From the human T2T-CHM13v2.0 reference genome, Homo sapiens, in contig CP068257.2 in assembly GCA_009914755.4 (NCBI GenBank), positions 35,616,001 to 35,680,000 on the forward strand: 64,000 nucleotides of DNA, written 5' to 3'. Below, piece by piece: positions 16,639 to 33,269 of this stretch. Each line of letters starts with the position of its first letter. The first letter of the stretch is position 1. The notes beneath the pieces were generated by a model, which had not been told where the DNA came from, made no database searches, and worked only from the letters and a program-made list of their open reading frames with translations. The translations under genes were made by a program, and so were the position numbers.

Positions 16639-16830
16639 TCATATCTAAGTGGGAAAGGCCTTTCTATGAATGCCTCAAAACTCTGAATAAATATGGCCAC
16701 AAATATGACTATGAACAATACCACTATATAAATGATAAACTAGGTAAAATACCTACAACTTAATATAACAAATTAGCAAAGGGCTGATTTCCCTAATATT
16801 TTAAGAATGCCTAAAAGAAATCAATGAAAG

Positions 16831-17147
<317 letters not shown>

Positions 17148-18744
17148 TCAGAAGAAAAATGAAAAAAAAAAGGGCAAATGATCTGAACAAAGAGCTCACA
17201 GAAAAGGGAATGCAGATTGTTCCTAAACACAGAAAAATATGCTCAATTTCAACAAAAATATGATAAATAGCAATTAAAACAAAGATAAAAAAATGTCATT
17301 ACATTGTGTTGCCAGAGGGGAGGCAATAAGCCTTCTCTGCATTGCTGGGGATAACCTGAAATGTTGCAACCTCGTGCTGGCTATTTGGCAAGACCAAAAA
17401 CATTTTACAAACACATGGGCCCAGCAGATACATTTGCAGATGTGAGATGACTTATGAACATAGTTATTCACTGCAACACTGTTTGTAAATAACAAAAGAT
17501 GGTCGACAAACTAAATTCCAACAATAGGAAAATTGTGAGTTTTCTTTCAACAATGTGGAGATCATTTACACTAGTACATATGGGGATGCAGGGCTAGTTT
17601 CCTTCATTTATCTTAAGAACTGACTCCTTATTGCATATGAATCAGCATGTCCAGTCTACGCCCCCTCACTCCCATACATTCTACTTTTTTTTAAAATTTA
17701 AGCTGTATATTGCACCATTTGTGAAAAAGAGGAAGAAAAAGCACATTTGTACATATTTACTTGTAGATGCATACAGTATCTTTGGAAGGAATCACAAGAA
17801 ATTGATAGCTGTGGTTGCCCCACAGGAGAAGCCCTTGATGAATAGGGTGGGTGAGGCAGGGGGTATCGATCTTGAAATTCATGAATGTTGAACCCTGTGA
17901 ATTGATTACCTATTATAATGAATCCATTTTTAAATAAAACAAAATCCCAGAGTGGGTAGCCTTTAGACCTCAATGTACAAAGTTCTAAGCCTCTTAAATT
18001 TTGATAACCTATAGGCCTAATAGTCTCTCCTCAGGAAAAGATCTGAAGATTGTGTGTTAAAAAGTCACATTTCTTTGGGTTAGTTCTTATTTTGGACTTG
18101 AACACAACTGCTAGAAAAGTAAAAGCCTCTCAACGCCTCAGCCATTCTCTCTGCAATGCTTTTCCTTTCCAATGGTCCTGGCAGTGGGATGCACCATGAC
18201 AGCCCATCTTCGTTCCCCACAGTCGTGTGCATATATCTGAACAAGGCCTTCCCTCCTAAACCACCTGAGATTCTGCCATCCCATTTGGTCTAAAGATCCG
18301 GTACACCTATAGTGAGATGCCTTTTTATTTACCAATGAGGACCAAATGCACTAAGTAGTGAACTAACATGAAAACAAAACACCAAGGTAAGTTACTGAGC
18401 TGGGTGGGAAAACATGAGTGAGACAATTAATTGCTTGTTGAAACACTCTACCCTTTCTTAGTAGCACTGAGAGACCCATTTTGATTAGAAAGCGGAAATC
18501 AGAAACATTAAAGAGATTTCAATGTGTTAGGTATCCCCATCTCCACTATTTTATGTAACTGTTTCCATCTTGTCTGAAAAAACAGGATAAACAATCCTCA
18601 GATAGTTCTCCACATGGTAAGTAATGGCCAGTATTATGTGAAATTTACTGAAGTTCCAGGAAAGAGAATTTTGCATGGAATACACTATCTCCAAACTATC
18701 ATTTAAACTGAGATACTCCAATGCAGTTCATTTCCTGGTACAGA

Positions 18745-18772
18745 AACAAACAAACAAACAAACAAACTAAGA
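18745..18772 (+). repeat. (CAAA)n microsatellite.
   Basis: gaaacaaacaaacaaacaaacaaacaaac. Confidence 0.9.
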
Positions 18773-18799
18773 CAATGCCACTCAGCAACCCCATTCCTA

Positions 18800-19255
18800 G
18801 ATTTTAAAACCCAAGTGAAATGAAAGCTATGTTCACACAAAAATCATGCCCAAGTGCTTCTGGGAGCTTTATTCATCATCACCCAAACGTCTTCTACAGG
18901 TGAATAGATGAACGAACTGTGATACATCTATGCAAGGGTGGACAACTCGGCCATCAAAACGAATGAACTATTAACACACAACCTGGATGAATCCGAACGA
19001 AATGCATTACGCTAATGATAAAGCCAGATTCAAAGGCTACAAAGCACATAATCATATTTATGCCAGTTACGTGACATTCTGGAAAAAGCAAACTATAGGG
19101 ACTGAAAACAGGGGCTACAAAGGAGCACAGGGGAATTTGGGGGGTGTCAGATCTGTTCCATATCTTGAATTGTGGGTGGCTACAGTCTCAAGGAACTTTA
19201 TACTGAAAAGAGTCATCTACTGTTTGTAATTATACCTGTTTTTAAAAAACACAGA
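18800..19255 (+). mobile_element. L1 3'-end fragment: ORF2 C-terminus and 3'UTR.
   Basis: atgttcacacaaaaatcatgcccaag...caacctggatgaatccgaacgaaatgcattacgctaatgataaagccagattc resembles the L1 3' consensus (atgttcatagcagcattattcacaatagcc...acaacatggatgaacct...). Confidence 0.55.
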
Positions 19256-19889
19256 AATTATCACGTATAGGAGGAAATAGTTATATTACTTTCTGGACAA
19301 TTGAGTCATATTCTAAAATTGATTAATGTTTAAGTAAAATCTACAAAAGTTAGTTCACTAGCAATGAAACTGTAACAAAATAACAAGATATCAATTTACA
19401 TGGCTTACATACATGTGCTGCCAATATAGAGAAATAATACCATCATTTGACAACTTTTTTGGCATGCTTGCTGTATCAGACACTGTTTTAGGCACTTGGA
19501 CATGGCAGGGAACACAACAGGTGAAGCCCATGCTCTGGGGGCTTATGTTTTAGTATCACATTCTGGGGCAGAACCAACATGGTAAAACATAGCTGGTTCC
19601 TTCTACGTATGGTATAGTATACACACAGGCGTCAATACTAAGTAAAATGGGCTGACAAAAAGCATACTGTCCAATAGTGTGATGTGAAACTTCAAAATCT
19701 GAAACTTTCTTGAGAGCCTGGAAAAGAAACTGAAGCCACTGAACAAAAGTTTAAAAGAAAGGGAAAAATACTATTCATAAAAAGTAAACATTAATAAAAG
19801 TAAGTATATGCAGGATCTTTAGCAGCAGAGTATTAAATTCTAATCATGGTGTGTTGCGTGGCTTCAGGAGTTAGATAGCACATATTAAC

Positions 19890-20165
19890 AAAATTATGTT
19901 AATAGAGACTACCTGATTTCAGATTTCAATAGGATGGAGCATCCCTAGTCTGAAAATCTGAAATCTGAAACGTTCCAAAGTCCAAAGCTTTCTGGGCACT
20001 GACATGACATTCAAAGAAGACCCTCACTGGAGCATTTCGGATTCTGGATTTTTGGATTAGGGATGCTCAACCATTAAATATCTACAAATACTCCAAATCT
20101 GAAAAAATTCCAAAATCCAAAACACCTCTAGTCCCAAGCATTTCGGATAAGGACTATTCAAGAAA
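19890..20165. mobile_element. Short palindromic MITE-like DNA-transposon remnant of unidentified MER family.
   Basis: Inverted arms ...ggatggagcatccctagtctgaaaatctgaaatctgaaacgttccaaagtccaaagctttctgggcactgacatg... and ...gagcatttcggattctggatttttggattagggatgctcaacc. Confidence 0.35.
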
Positions 20166-20559
20166 TAACATTCCAACTTGTAGGTTTACAAAGTTGACAT
20201 TCGTTTGGAACTACTGGCATAAGTGCATGTAAAGACTCCAGACTATAAACCAAACATTTAGGAGGGCTCCAATTACAAAGGAGCCTGGAATTGGCATAAT
20301 TACAGGCCAAAGTAATGACCGTGGAACACAGGGAGTCCGCCAAAGAAAATGCTCTGTAGAGCCAGCCCACACTTATATATGAACAACCAAAGAGCCAGCA
20401 GATTGAAATCCCAGAGTGAAATCATGTATGAATCACGATAGTGCAGCATTCAAATCCAAGCCAGGATGCAGGCAAACTTCAGAGTAGAGGACAAGAGATG
20501 AGTCTAGCAGCAAATGAGGCTAACAGCCTAAAGGGCCCTTGTTAGAAAGCAAGAGCACG

Positions 20560-21045
20560 GTTAGGTGGGGTGGCTCGCACTGTAATCCCAACCCACTTTG
20601 GGAGGCTAGGATGGGAGGATCACCTGAAACCAGGAGTTTAAGGCTGCAGTGAGCTATGATTGTGCCACTGTGCTCCAGCCTGCGTAACAGTGCAAGACCC
20701 CATCTCTAAAACAAGTAAGTAAAGAAAGAAAGAGCTCAGGCTGGGTGCGGTGGCTCACGCCTGTAATCCCAGCACTTTGGGAGGCTGGGGCAGGGGAATC
20801 ACCTAAGGTCACAAGTTCAAGACCAGCCTGGCCAGCATGATGAAACCCCATCTCTACTAAAAATACAAAAAATAGCCAGGCATGGTGGCGGGCACCTGTA
20901 ATCCCAGCTACTTGGGAGGCTGCGGCAGGAGAATTGCTTGAACCAGGAGGCAGAGGCTGCAGTGAGCTGAGACATTGCATTCTGCCTGGGTGACAAGAGC
21001 AAAACTCTGTCTAGAAAAAAAAAATAAATAAAAGAAAAGAAAAAA
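20560..21045 (+). mobile_element. Two adjacent Alus: a rearranged fragment at 20560-20735 and a full copy at 20741-21045.
   Basis: ggttaggtggggtggctcgcactgtaatcccaacccactttgggagg... and ggctgggtgcggtggctcacgcctgtaatcccagcactttgggaggctggggcagg...gcctgggtgacaagagcaaaactctgtctag followed by poly-A. Confidence 0.8.
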
Positions 21046-22040
21046 AGAGCTCAGCAAAAAGAGCACTGTAGGGTAGATCACGTGTTAATTAAGCAGTACG
21101 GAACAGGGTCTCTGCTTCAGGTTAATCCAGGGTAGGCTCTGGGGACAGATCACCTAAGGCTGCTCTATGAAACTACTGTGAGATGCAGAGAATGTCATGT
21201 GGTTAATTCTGGGCACTGTTCATGGGGCAGCAGAGGAGAAGGGGCAGAAGACATTCTTTTGTATTAGTTGCATTTTCTTAGCAAGTAAAAATATATATTT
21301 TCAATTTACAAAATGGTTTTTTAAAATCTGAAACACACGGTCAAACTATCATGACTGTATTTTTTTTAGATTAGAAAAAGCTTAGTTTTTTTCCTGATGA
21401 TTACTGAAGAATGGGATTTCTGCCCATCGGCTCCTAATTTTCCATTGACAGGACTGCTTGCTGCTCCTTTCCCAAAGGTGAAGATTTGGGTTTTAGAGAA
21501 ATTGTCTTAAATAATTCTTTCTGATAAAACAAAGGAAGAGCTAATTTTGGGCTGAAATCATGCCTGGCATGTGACAGTAAAACCATAAACGTAAATAAGA
21601 CACTGTCATGGGGGAACGGTAGTGAGGATGAAGGGACCGCGACCATCACTGGAAAGCATGTGAGCCAATGCTACTGGCCACCAGAGACCTGCCCAACGGA
21701 TCAGAGCACACACAGCAGGTGTAACCCTCACAGCTACCCAGAGGTCAATTCTGTCTGAGCATCAGTAATCCAGGGTCAGGACAGCTTGTTCCTATCAGAA
21801 GCAAAAGGGCCACAATCTCATGTTGTCCTTCCCAGCTCAAGTTCCCAGGACAAGTAAGTAGGACAACAGTGAAGGTCTCCAGAGCCCACCAGCTTTTGCT
21901 GAGACTGCTAGTCCAAGAGCCCCAGCTGAGTAAATTCTCCAGGAGGAAAATGGCAGAAACTATCAAAGGATAGTCAGTAAACTGGTGGGTCTGTACCTTT
22001 TTGGCTTAAATGCTCCAGTAAATAAAGGCAAAATATTTAA

Positions 22041-22341
<301 letters not shown>

Positions 22342-23067
22342 CTAGGCACTGTATTATATCTGAAAGCTAACAGAACTTGTAAGTTTTGACACAGGACCAA
22401 ATTAAATGGGTTGGCATGAAAAAACTTCAACTTTGTTGCCTCTTGCTAGTCACAACATCCTATAACTAATACTTTACAAGAGAACCACTGGCCGTAGGCC
22501 TGTGAAGACACCTCAGCAGCCACTTTGGGATGTGAGGAAGAGTCAGGGAAGGGAGGGAGGAAATAGATATTCTCACTTAAAGTAGAACAGCTCTGCTTTT
22601 ATCTGTTTATAAAATAAAGTATTTTAATATGTATTATTAAAATTGACATTAGAATTTTATATAAGACTTCATTTAATAAAAGGGTTTCATTGCTTTTTTG
22701 GAAAATCTTTATGCTAAACGATGTTCATTTTATTGACTTATTTATAAGGAAACAACCATTTGTAACTTACCAGATGAAAGGTAAAATCTATTTTCTATCA
22801 CCTTGGAAAGGCACTATTTCTCTGAGCCTGGATTTGTTTTCTGCCAACAAGTGACGGCACAAGCTCTCTATTACAGAGAGTAAAAAGCCCAGGCAGTCTT
22901 TTTCATGGCTGCTCACCATGTAAACATGTCCATAAAGTGTTCTGTGTAGCTAAGTTAGAGGACAAGAAGAAGTACTTTACAAAAATTACATCTTTACATA
23001 TTTGCGTTTGTATGACATACTTTTTTCTTTTATTCCTGATAATAAAGTTTTACCATTTTATAATTTA

Positions 23068-23634
<567 letters not shown>

Positions 23635-24339
23635 TCAGCCCACCTAGCCGATGGCTAACAAGTCAGTTTGTTTTCTGAACGGAAGCTTAAACCTAGAAAA
23701 GTAACTGGGTTGGGGTGGGGGTGTAGCCACATGCAGTAAAAGCACTGCCTGTCTGTATAACAACGACCTGATGAAAAAAGGAACGCGTGAAATGGGGAGT
23801 GTTAGGGCGTCACAAACTCCAGTGTGGTTGAAATGAAAGCAGAAAGCAAATGGCAAGCTGGCTTCCCCTTCCAGCTTTTCACAACCCTGCCTTGCTCATG
23901 GTCAGCCCCAAGCACGGGCGGAAGAAAGGACTGGAGGGGAGGGAAAGGGGTGGGGAGCGAGGGTACCAGAGGCGTGGGAGGACGGGGACAAAGGGGCAGC
24001 AAGGGACCGGCGGAAAGGAAAGTCGGCGTTAGCTGGATTGGAAACAGTCCAGACAGAACGATGGGCTCTGCTGCCTCCGGGTGGGGCACCAAGCGGGGAG
24101 CGGGGCCACGAGGCAGGGGACAGTGAAGCACCATGCAGCGCCCACCAGCCGGCAGCGCCCACCAGCCTGCGCTGCGCTGCACATGGTACCCGCGGCCCCA
24201 GCTGGCCAGTGTGTGGCGGAGATGAGACCCTCGTGAAGAGACTAAGCGGCCACAGCAGGGGGAAGGGTTGCTCACATAACCCCATACTGCTCACACTACG
24301 AGGTTAACTGCCGTGAGATCTGCCTGCAGCCAGCAGAAA

Positions 24340-24730
24340 CCCGTTCTAGGAAAACGTTGCCCAGTGACTTCAGTGAGTGCCACTGACCCGGGCGCCTCCG
24401 CCCCGGCGTCCGGCAGCAGCACCGATTGCGCAGGAGGCACCTTGCAAACAACCTTTCCTGATCCGCGCTGCAGTTCCCAGGCCGGTTGCAGCCGTTTCAC
24501 AGAGACTGCGCACACAAAGCGTCTCCGTGCCCTGCCATTCACCTTTCGACACAGCCGCAACCCCTCTTTTCAGTGTTAAAACCTGGCGCCAAAATGAACA
24601 TGCGATGTGACGTGTTACCTCTGCGCATGCGCCGGGCATTCCCAGCACCCCGAACCTGATGAACGCGCGGTGGGGACCCCAGGCTTCCGTGCTTTCGTTT
24701 TCCTGGAAGCTACGTGTCCTCAGTCTACAT
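24340..24730. promoter_or_regulatory. CpG-rich block about 0.4 kb long, deep in DSCR3 intron 1. It carries a perfect NRF1 palindrome GCGCATGCGC and an adjacent TGACGTG (CRE-like half site).
   Basis: tgtgacgtgttacctctgcgcatgcgccggg lies at about 24607-24637. I count roughly 30 CpGs in 360 bp. A G-rich stretch (runs of GGGG) lies at 23920-24130 just upstream. Confidence 0.4.
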
Positions 24731-26603
24731 ATTGTTACCTGGAAAATAAAGTTTTCTCCTTTTTTCTTCCTTTGTTAACAGGCAGAAGGTGTAGGCTGCA
24801 GGTTTCGGGCCTAAGAGAGGGCATGGCTGGCGACACGGAGTAGACTCCTAGATGACATAACGGAGGCGAGTCTGCACCGGGGACTCGGCATTAGGAGGAG
24901 GCAGAGGAAAAGCCCACCACCGTGGCCGAGGGAGATCTAGCAAGCAGCTTGCAGGGGGTGAAGTGTGTGCAAAGCAGGCTGAGACCTGTCCAGTATCGAA
25001 ACACGCCGCGGTGGTCAAGCAGGCTTTACCATGCTCAGGCGCAGGCTGGTACAAGATTTGCAGCAACAAACACCAAGTGGAGAACTACATGAACACTTTT
25101 GATCGCATCCCAGTTTTCAGACAATCTCGGATAATTCTGAAAATGCTTCTTATGCATTATATAAGAGTTTAGGTTATGATTTAACAGACAAGCTTTTTCA
25201 GGAGTATTAGGTTATTGGCAGAAGAAGAGACCTACTTAAAGTTTGGATGACTGTATTCCTAAAAGGTTCATACCTCTCAAAATTACCTTAAGATCTCTTC
25301 TGGCTCAGAGATTTAAATTTTTATACCCTAAGTCCTTACAACAAGCATTCACTGTTACAACTGATCATTCATTTACTAAGAATCCAGCAGGTTAAAGTAG
25401 AATATTTAAGCTTAAAAAAAAAAACAAAAAAACTAGCATTTTAGCTTTGCAATTTTTCTTCATAATAATGAACTGTTATGTATAGGGTTTCTCCTTTTTT
25501 TTCATAAGAAATTACGGGCATGCCCAATTAAGGTAGTATTGAGGTTCTTAAGGTAACAGTACTCAGTCCACAGTGTATAAATTTCTTCTCACTGTAACCT
25601 GGCTATGCTGGGGAGTAAATCTCTTATTTATGTTTTTCACAACCATAATATTTAACAATGTCATTTTCATGAGTACATGTGCCAGAATTTAAGAATGTAA
25701 AACATTCTGGATTTATAAAAACAAATGAATTATATTTACACTACAGAAAGATTTACTGCAGGATTTTTCTAACCAATAAGCTCCCCTACAGCGTTCCAAG
25801 ACACAAAGTAATTTACAGTGCATTTGAGTCCAACTTTTTGATCAAGAACACATCTGCTGCACTAAGCAAAGGAGTTGCAGCAACACCAAAATCACACTTG
25901 GCTCTCACGGCCAAAATCGCCGTCACCTCCGTATGTTCTCCTTGGTCACTGACTCTCCTTCCTCCAAGCAGACATAGACAGTGGGCACATATTTGACAAT
26001 CTGTGAAGCATCTGACAAGCACTCATTATGCCATTTGGAGGGTGTACTAACGTAACTAGCATTGTGGCATACAAAGGGCAATTCTAAGGGTGAACAGACT
26101 TCGGAGCGTGGAAAAGAACATGACAATGCCACCACCTATTACTGCGGCCCCCACGAGGTGTTGGAAGCTAGGATAAGTGTCTTAAAACACTATCTCATTT
26201 AATTTTTAAAATACAACCTTTGAGTAGGTATCATCTCCATTCTACAGATGAGAATTAAGACCCAGAGAAGGCACAAAGAATCCTGGATTTAGGAATAAAA
26301 AGATGCAACTTCAAATATTTGCTATCATCAGTCCCCCTGGCATGTCCCTGAATTCTCTGGGCCTCAGTCTTCTGAACCACAAAACGGAGAAAACGCTACC
26401 TCTTAACAGTATATGGAGGATTAAAGCACTCTGTGAGCTGGAAAAGGCTATCCTAGTCTACCTAGTTATAAAACAGTATTAGTTAGGTGTTTCCATGGGA
26501 AATTTAATCTTTCACTGGAAGTAGGGAATTAGGGAATGTTTAACACAATTCCTGATTATCTCATATCACCCATGGGTCTTTGGAAACAGAAGTCAAGTTT
26601 TTA

Positions 26604-26746
26604 GGCCAGGTGTGGTGGCTCATGCCTGTAATCCCAACACTTTTGTCAGGCCAAGGCAGGAGGATTGCTTGAGGCCAGGAGTTTGAGACCGACCTGGGCA
26701 ACATAGCGTGATTTCATCTCTATCTTAATAAAATACTTAAAAAAAG
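26604..26746 (+). mobile_element. Alu monomer fragment.
   Basis: ggccaggtgtggtggctcatgcctgtaatcccaacacttttgtcaggccaaggcaggaggattgcttgaggccaggagtttgagaccgacctgggcaacatagcgtg. Confidence 0.7.
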
Positions 26747-28931
26747 AAGTTTTCTACCCAAGTGGAAGGATGCTTAGGGAGAAGGTGCCCCAACAGCAAT
26801 GCTGCAAGCTTGGAGAAAGGGTCTATATTCACGCTGAGCCACAGGAACTGGGATGAAGACCCTGGAAAATCAAACCTTGGACAATTTTCTATTATATTCC
26901 ATTCCTGAATCAGAGAGAAAACCATATTTATAGGAATTCTGGAATCTCTACTCCCAATTTATTTGAATCATGATCTTAAGAATGACTATTTTAAAGCAAA
27001 TACAAGTAATGGTGGGTGCAATGTGTAGCTCTGGGGCTATGTCAAAATAAGAATAAATCTTATCAACATCTGTCTGAAATTGATACCTAGAATATTATTT
27101 ATAATTACGAAGCAAAATCCATAATGTGCCTACAATACCATAGTTTCCCCTTTCTGATCAATGCATTTATAAAATTATCAGTCTTCTGCATTTTGTTTAA
27201 ATGTTTCAGGGCTTCAACTCATCATTTAATAAAGTTTTTGAGCACCTATTAAGTGGTGAGTACTGCCAGGCCCAGGAATACAAAGATAAACAAAACCAAA
27301 TATTTTAATTGAGTGGACTAATAGAACAAAGTCACTACAACAGAAGGTAATCAGTGCAATGACAGCAGTATACACAAAATGTGTTTGTAAACTATTGCCA
27401 GTTACTACTAAATTACAGAAAACATTCCCATGTTATTCTGTTCACTTTGTTTCCTTCGCTGTGTAGAAGTTTTTTAGCTTGATGTGATCCCATCTGTCCA
27501 TTTTTGCTTGGGTTGCCTGTCCTTTTAAGGTATTGCTCAAGAAATCTTTGCCCAGACCAATGTCCTGGAGCATTCCCCAATGTTTCTTTTAGTAGCTTCA
27601 TAGTTTCGGATCTTCTAAGTCCTTAGTCCATTTTGATTGTCATTCCCATGTTATTTTGTCTTTTCCTGACAATTAGACTTGACATTCCGTTATCCCATCA
27701 CAATCTCACTTTCTTGTTAGTTACTCTTTTTGTAATTCTGCTTGTAAGAAAGTTTCTAAAATTTAAATATTAAAATTAGGAATTTTTGTAAGGCTATGGG
27801 TGACAAGAGTTGTTGCTATAACAGAAACTGAAGCACACATTTCTATACAACTCATGTCAAAAAAAAAAAATGGAAATTAGAAGATATTTTAAGTTGTACA
27901 ATGATAGAAAATACTACCAATCAAATCTTGTGGACACAATTTTCAGACTTGGCAGTGAAGCATTATCTCGGGGTCCTCTGACATTCCCACAGTGCATGAG
28001 GTTACCAAACCATGAAACCTCATCAAGGTCCTTTGGAGCAGGGTCTTCTCCCAGAATCTAGATGGAGTGATCCTACTTCCAGTCTCCTCTCCAGCAGGAT
28101 GTGGGTAGGGTTACAAGGGTTTGCCTTACAATAATTCACTCACCTATTAAAAAGAAAAATAAAACTTAAGGTACGAAGTACTACTTAGAGTAGTACTTAG
28201 TGGGAAATGTCTACATTTTTAAAAAGGAGGCTACAATTCAATATGCTGAACAGCCAACTTACAAAGTTTAAAAAAAAAGAACATAATAAACCCTAAGAAA
28301 ACAGAAATATTTTGGAAAGACAGTCAACCTAAGTCACATTAAAAAACTGCTGTTGCTGCCAGATTAGATGAGGATGAGCAACTATAAACACCTGGTCAAC
28401 CAAGTAAAAGAAACAGTCTAAAGGACTCAGGTTGCGTCCCAAATGTCTGCAAGCTCTTCTTCACCAGGTTTACACTGTCTATTCCTCATGACTGAAACCA
28501 GCAGTGCATGGTGGGCACTTAGTTTAACACTCAGTTTTCAAAACTAGGTTTGATGAAGCTCCAGAAGGGCCCCCAGCTTCTCCCTTTTCCCCCCAGATGA
28601 CTATACCCTACTTTATGCTCCTTCATACATCACAGATGCTCTTATTTGAGCACTTGATCATCTTTTTAATCATCTTTTATTTTATATATTTGCCTATCTC
28701 TACTAACCTGTAACCCTCATGAGATCAACATACATTGGCTGAATGAAGCTGATTGATTAAATAATATAAAAAAGAATGGGACTGATGAAAATGTTAATAT
28801 GAAAAGGTATCCAAGATAAAGGTACATTATTAAGAGAACAAGTTGCGTGTGTGTGCACACGTGTGTCTGGAACACTACACAAATCATCAGTGGATACGTC
28901 CAAGGGCAGAACAGGGAGTCAGGAAGAGTAA

Positions 28932-29322
<391 letters not shown>

Positions 29323-32069
29323 TAAAAAATCATTTTGTCAGTGAGTATTTTTTCTTAAAAAAAAGGTCAATTTTAAATCTAAGTATAACTTAGGTTTCTC
29401 TGGTGTCCACAGAATCAAGCCATTTTCAAATGCTTCCACAACTAAGATACTGAAAAGCACAATAACAGAATCAGCATATATTCAAAGTAGAAGTCATATC
29501 AGTCTCTTTTTATTGAAATATCACAATGTTATTCACAGCACTCCTACGAAATGAATAACAACATTTCTATATTACAAATTCCTCCATTTTGCATAAATGG
29601 CCACTCCTAGGGAGGCAGAATAATAGAGTGTTCAATGGACATGCTTTGAACTGGAACTGATCTGAGTTGGAATCCAGACTCTGTCCAATTAGTCGGGTGA
29701 AGTTCTTCAACTTGTCTAGTTGGGTTATGAAATTCATCAACTTGTCTAAGCCTCCATTTCCTCATTAGAAAAATGAGAGTGATACTGCCTGGCTGTCAAA
29801 CCCTACCCCAGAACCTCTGCTGGAACATAAGCTTGCCTTATGTGCTTACGCTGACAAACACGTTTCACTTGAAAGACAATCACTTAATGACCTCAAGCCT
29901 GGGATAGTACTGCTTAGGATCAGGCTAAAGTAGGTGGCAGTCACCTCAAGCAACCCATAAGAATTGTAGGCATGGTGCTCTGGCAGGTCCATAGGTAAGT
30001 CAAATCTTTGGTAACTGAATCTTTACTGTCACTGTTGAGATGTACGGAGAAAAGAGAAAATGTGTATGCTATCAGCTCCATTGCAGCCAGCTAAGGGTGA
30101 GGAGGATAGGAGAGAAGGGCCGCTTCTCCCACAACCACAGCGCAAACTAGATGTGACATATGCACTGTCTGCAGTCAATGAGGCCTCCTCAAGGACCAGA
30201 CAGCAAGGATCCTGCTACGTGAGGCTTGGAAAACAGCCATGACAGTGCTGGCTGCCTACTCCACCTACCCTGAATTACAGATCATGGAGTCTAGCACATG
30301 AGTCATGGGCACACATGTCAGAGATTTTTGTCAATTGATTAATTAGTTTAATAACTTTCTCTTTTCTGTCGCCTTTTAAAAAAACATAGCAACCATCTAT
30401 TTGGAAGTTATACTGGTTTTTCTTTTATATTCACCATATAAGGTTTCCTTTAAAATGCATGTAAGTATAAAAAGTGACTGAAGGTTGAGAGAAGCTGCCT
30501 TCAGCCATCAATTGCAGATGCTGTTCCTTATACTAGCACCAGGAGATGTAGTCTAAGGGACAGAGCTGACTCTGTCTTCAACTCTGTGACCCGCAGGAAG
30601 TGGTCCTGGCTGTGTATGACTTCTGCTGGGGCAACTTTACCATTCCACTGCTTGTGTCTTTTCTAATGTACTTTTCATTACTTGTATCATATTTAAAACC
30701 ACAGAAAATATCTCAGCATCCCAGCTGGAGTAACATTTCTGAAGAGAACATGCTAACTTGTTAATGAAATAATGAATACTAAAGTTAAATGCATATATAG
30801 TCTCCTGTCACTGCCCTCCCATTGTTATTTTGAAACATTTCCAAGCTCCAGAAAAGTTACGAGAATACAAAGTAGTGGAAAAATTGGAACCGTCATACAG
30901 TGCTGGTAGACTGTAAAGTGGTGCAGACATTTTTGGAAAATAATTTGGCAACTCTTCAAAAAGTTAAAGTAGCTCAGCAAAATCCACTCCTAGGTATATA
31001 TCCAAGAGAAATGAAAACATCCTCTCACATAAAAACTTGTACTAGAATGTTCATAACATTATTAATAGCGAAAAGGTAGAAATAACTCCAATGTCCATCA
31101 AGAGACCAGTGGTTAAACAAAATATGATCTATCCATACAATGGAATATTATTCAGCCACAGAAAGGAATGAGGAACTGACTCATGCTATGACAAGCATGA
31201 ACACTGAACATTACTCGAAGTAAAAGAAGCCTGTCAGTCAAAAGGGCCACATAGTGTACGATTCCATTTATATGAAATGTCAAGAATAGGCAACTCCAGA
31301 GACAAAGTCAATTTGTGACTGCCAGGGGTCAGGAGGGAGGGGGAATGAGGAGTGACAGCTAATGGGTTCAGGGTTTCTTTTTGGGGTGAAAATGTTCTAG
31401 AATTAGATCGTGGTGATGGGTGTGCAACTCTGCAAATACACTAAAAAACTACTGAATTGTATACTTTCAAAGGGTAAATTTCGTATTTTAAATTATCTTT
31501 ATAAAGCTGTTTTTAAAAAGAATACAAAGTAGACCCATGTAGCTTTTAACTTCATTCAGCAATTGTTAGTATTTTGCCACATTCACTTTCTTTCTCCTAT
31601 ACACATATGTGCATAAACATATGTGCACAGTCTACGGCTTGACACTTTGATCCTAAATACTTCAGCATGTGGAGTATTCTACATAACCAAAATATAAATA
31701 TTACACTGGAGAAATTCAACACCAATATACAACAATTATAGTCCATAGTCGAATTTATATTTTATCAGAAATTAAGCATTCTATTTGGTTCTCATGTCCC
31801 TTTAGTCTTATAGTCTAGAAAAATTATCTCGCCTTTATTTTTTGACACTGATATTTCCGAAGAATCCACGCTACTTGTTTCACAGAATGCCCTTCAATTT
31901 GGATATTCCTTATTGTTTCCTTATGAACTGATACGGATTAAACATTTTTGGCAGGAATACTACATAGGTGAGTTGTGGCCTTCTCTGTGCATCATGCCAA
32001 GGGGTACCGAATGTCAGTCGTCTCATTAGTTGTGATGGTGAAGTGGTGTTCATTGTTGTGCTTGGCTAG

Positions 32070-32477
<408 letters not shown>

Positions 32478-33269
32478 TAAGAGCAGGCTTCCCTAGTTGT
32501 CTTTTGCCCAAAAGTTTTAGCATCCATCCAAGACCTTTGTCTGAAATTCTGTCCCTTTTGAGATTACTTTGCATTAATATGACCAACCACTGCGATCAAT
32601 TTTATTCCAAAGAGTGTTGGGGCTGTGATTTCAACCCTAGCTGCACATATATCACCGGTATCGCTGGGAGTGGAACCCAAGCAATCATATTTTAAAATTC
32701 TCCAGGATGACTGATTCTGATGTAGAGTAAGGGTTGAGATTCCCCGAGTTAGAGGAACCTTACAACACCCTCATTTGCAAATAAGGACACTGAGGCCCAA
32801 GGAGGTTAAATGACTGGCCAATGTCACAAAACCTGTTAATGGCATAGTCAAGATTTTACTTTTTTATACTTGCATTTTAATAGCCATTCCTTTGTGTCAG
32901 TCGAAGAATAAAACCAGAAAAAGCAGTAACTTTCGTAGTATGTTAGTATGTTGTTAAAAGTGACTACCATCTAATATATGCTGCCGCCAGACATACCCAT
33001 TTCTGCTTCCAAGGTTTGTTTTAGCTTTCGTTCATTAGACCTTTGCGGTCACCTTAGGAGAGAGGGAAAGGGGAGTTTGGTCGTCAACTCCTCCGCCCTC
33101 AGCGCTCACTGAGGGAGCTCAAGCCTGAGAACCCAACACCGCCGGGTGTTCAAGGGGCCAGATGGGAAGAGGCGCAGCCCCGGAGCTGGGCGCCTGCCCT
33201 GCACGTCCCGCAGATGCGGCGGCGGCGCCTGCCCTGGGGCCTCCTCGCAGGGCAGCCAGCCTCGCGCGG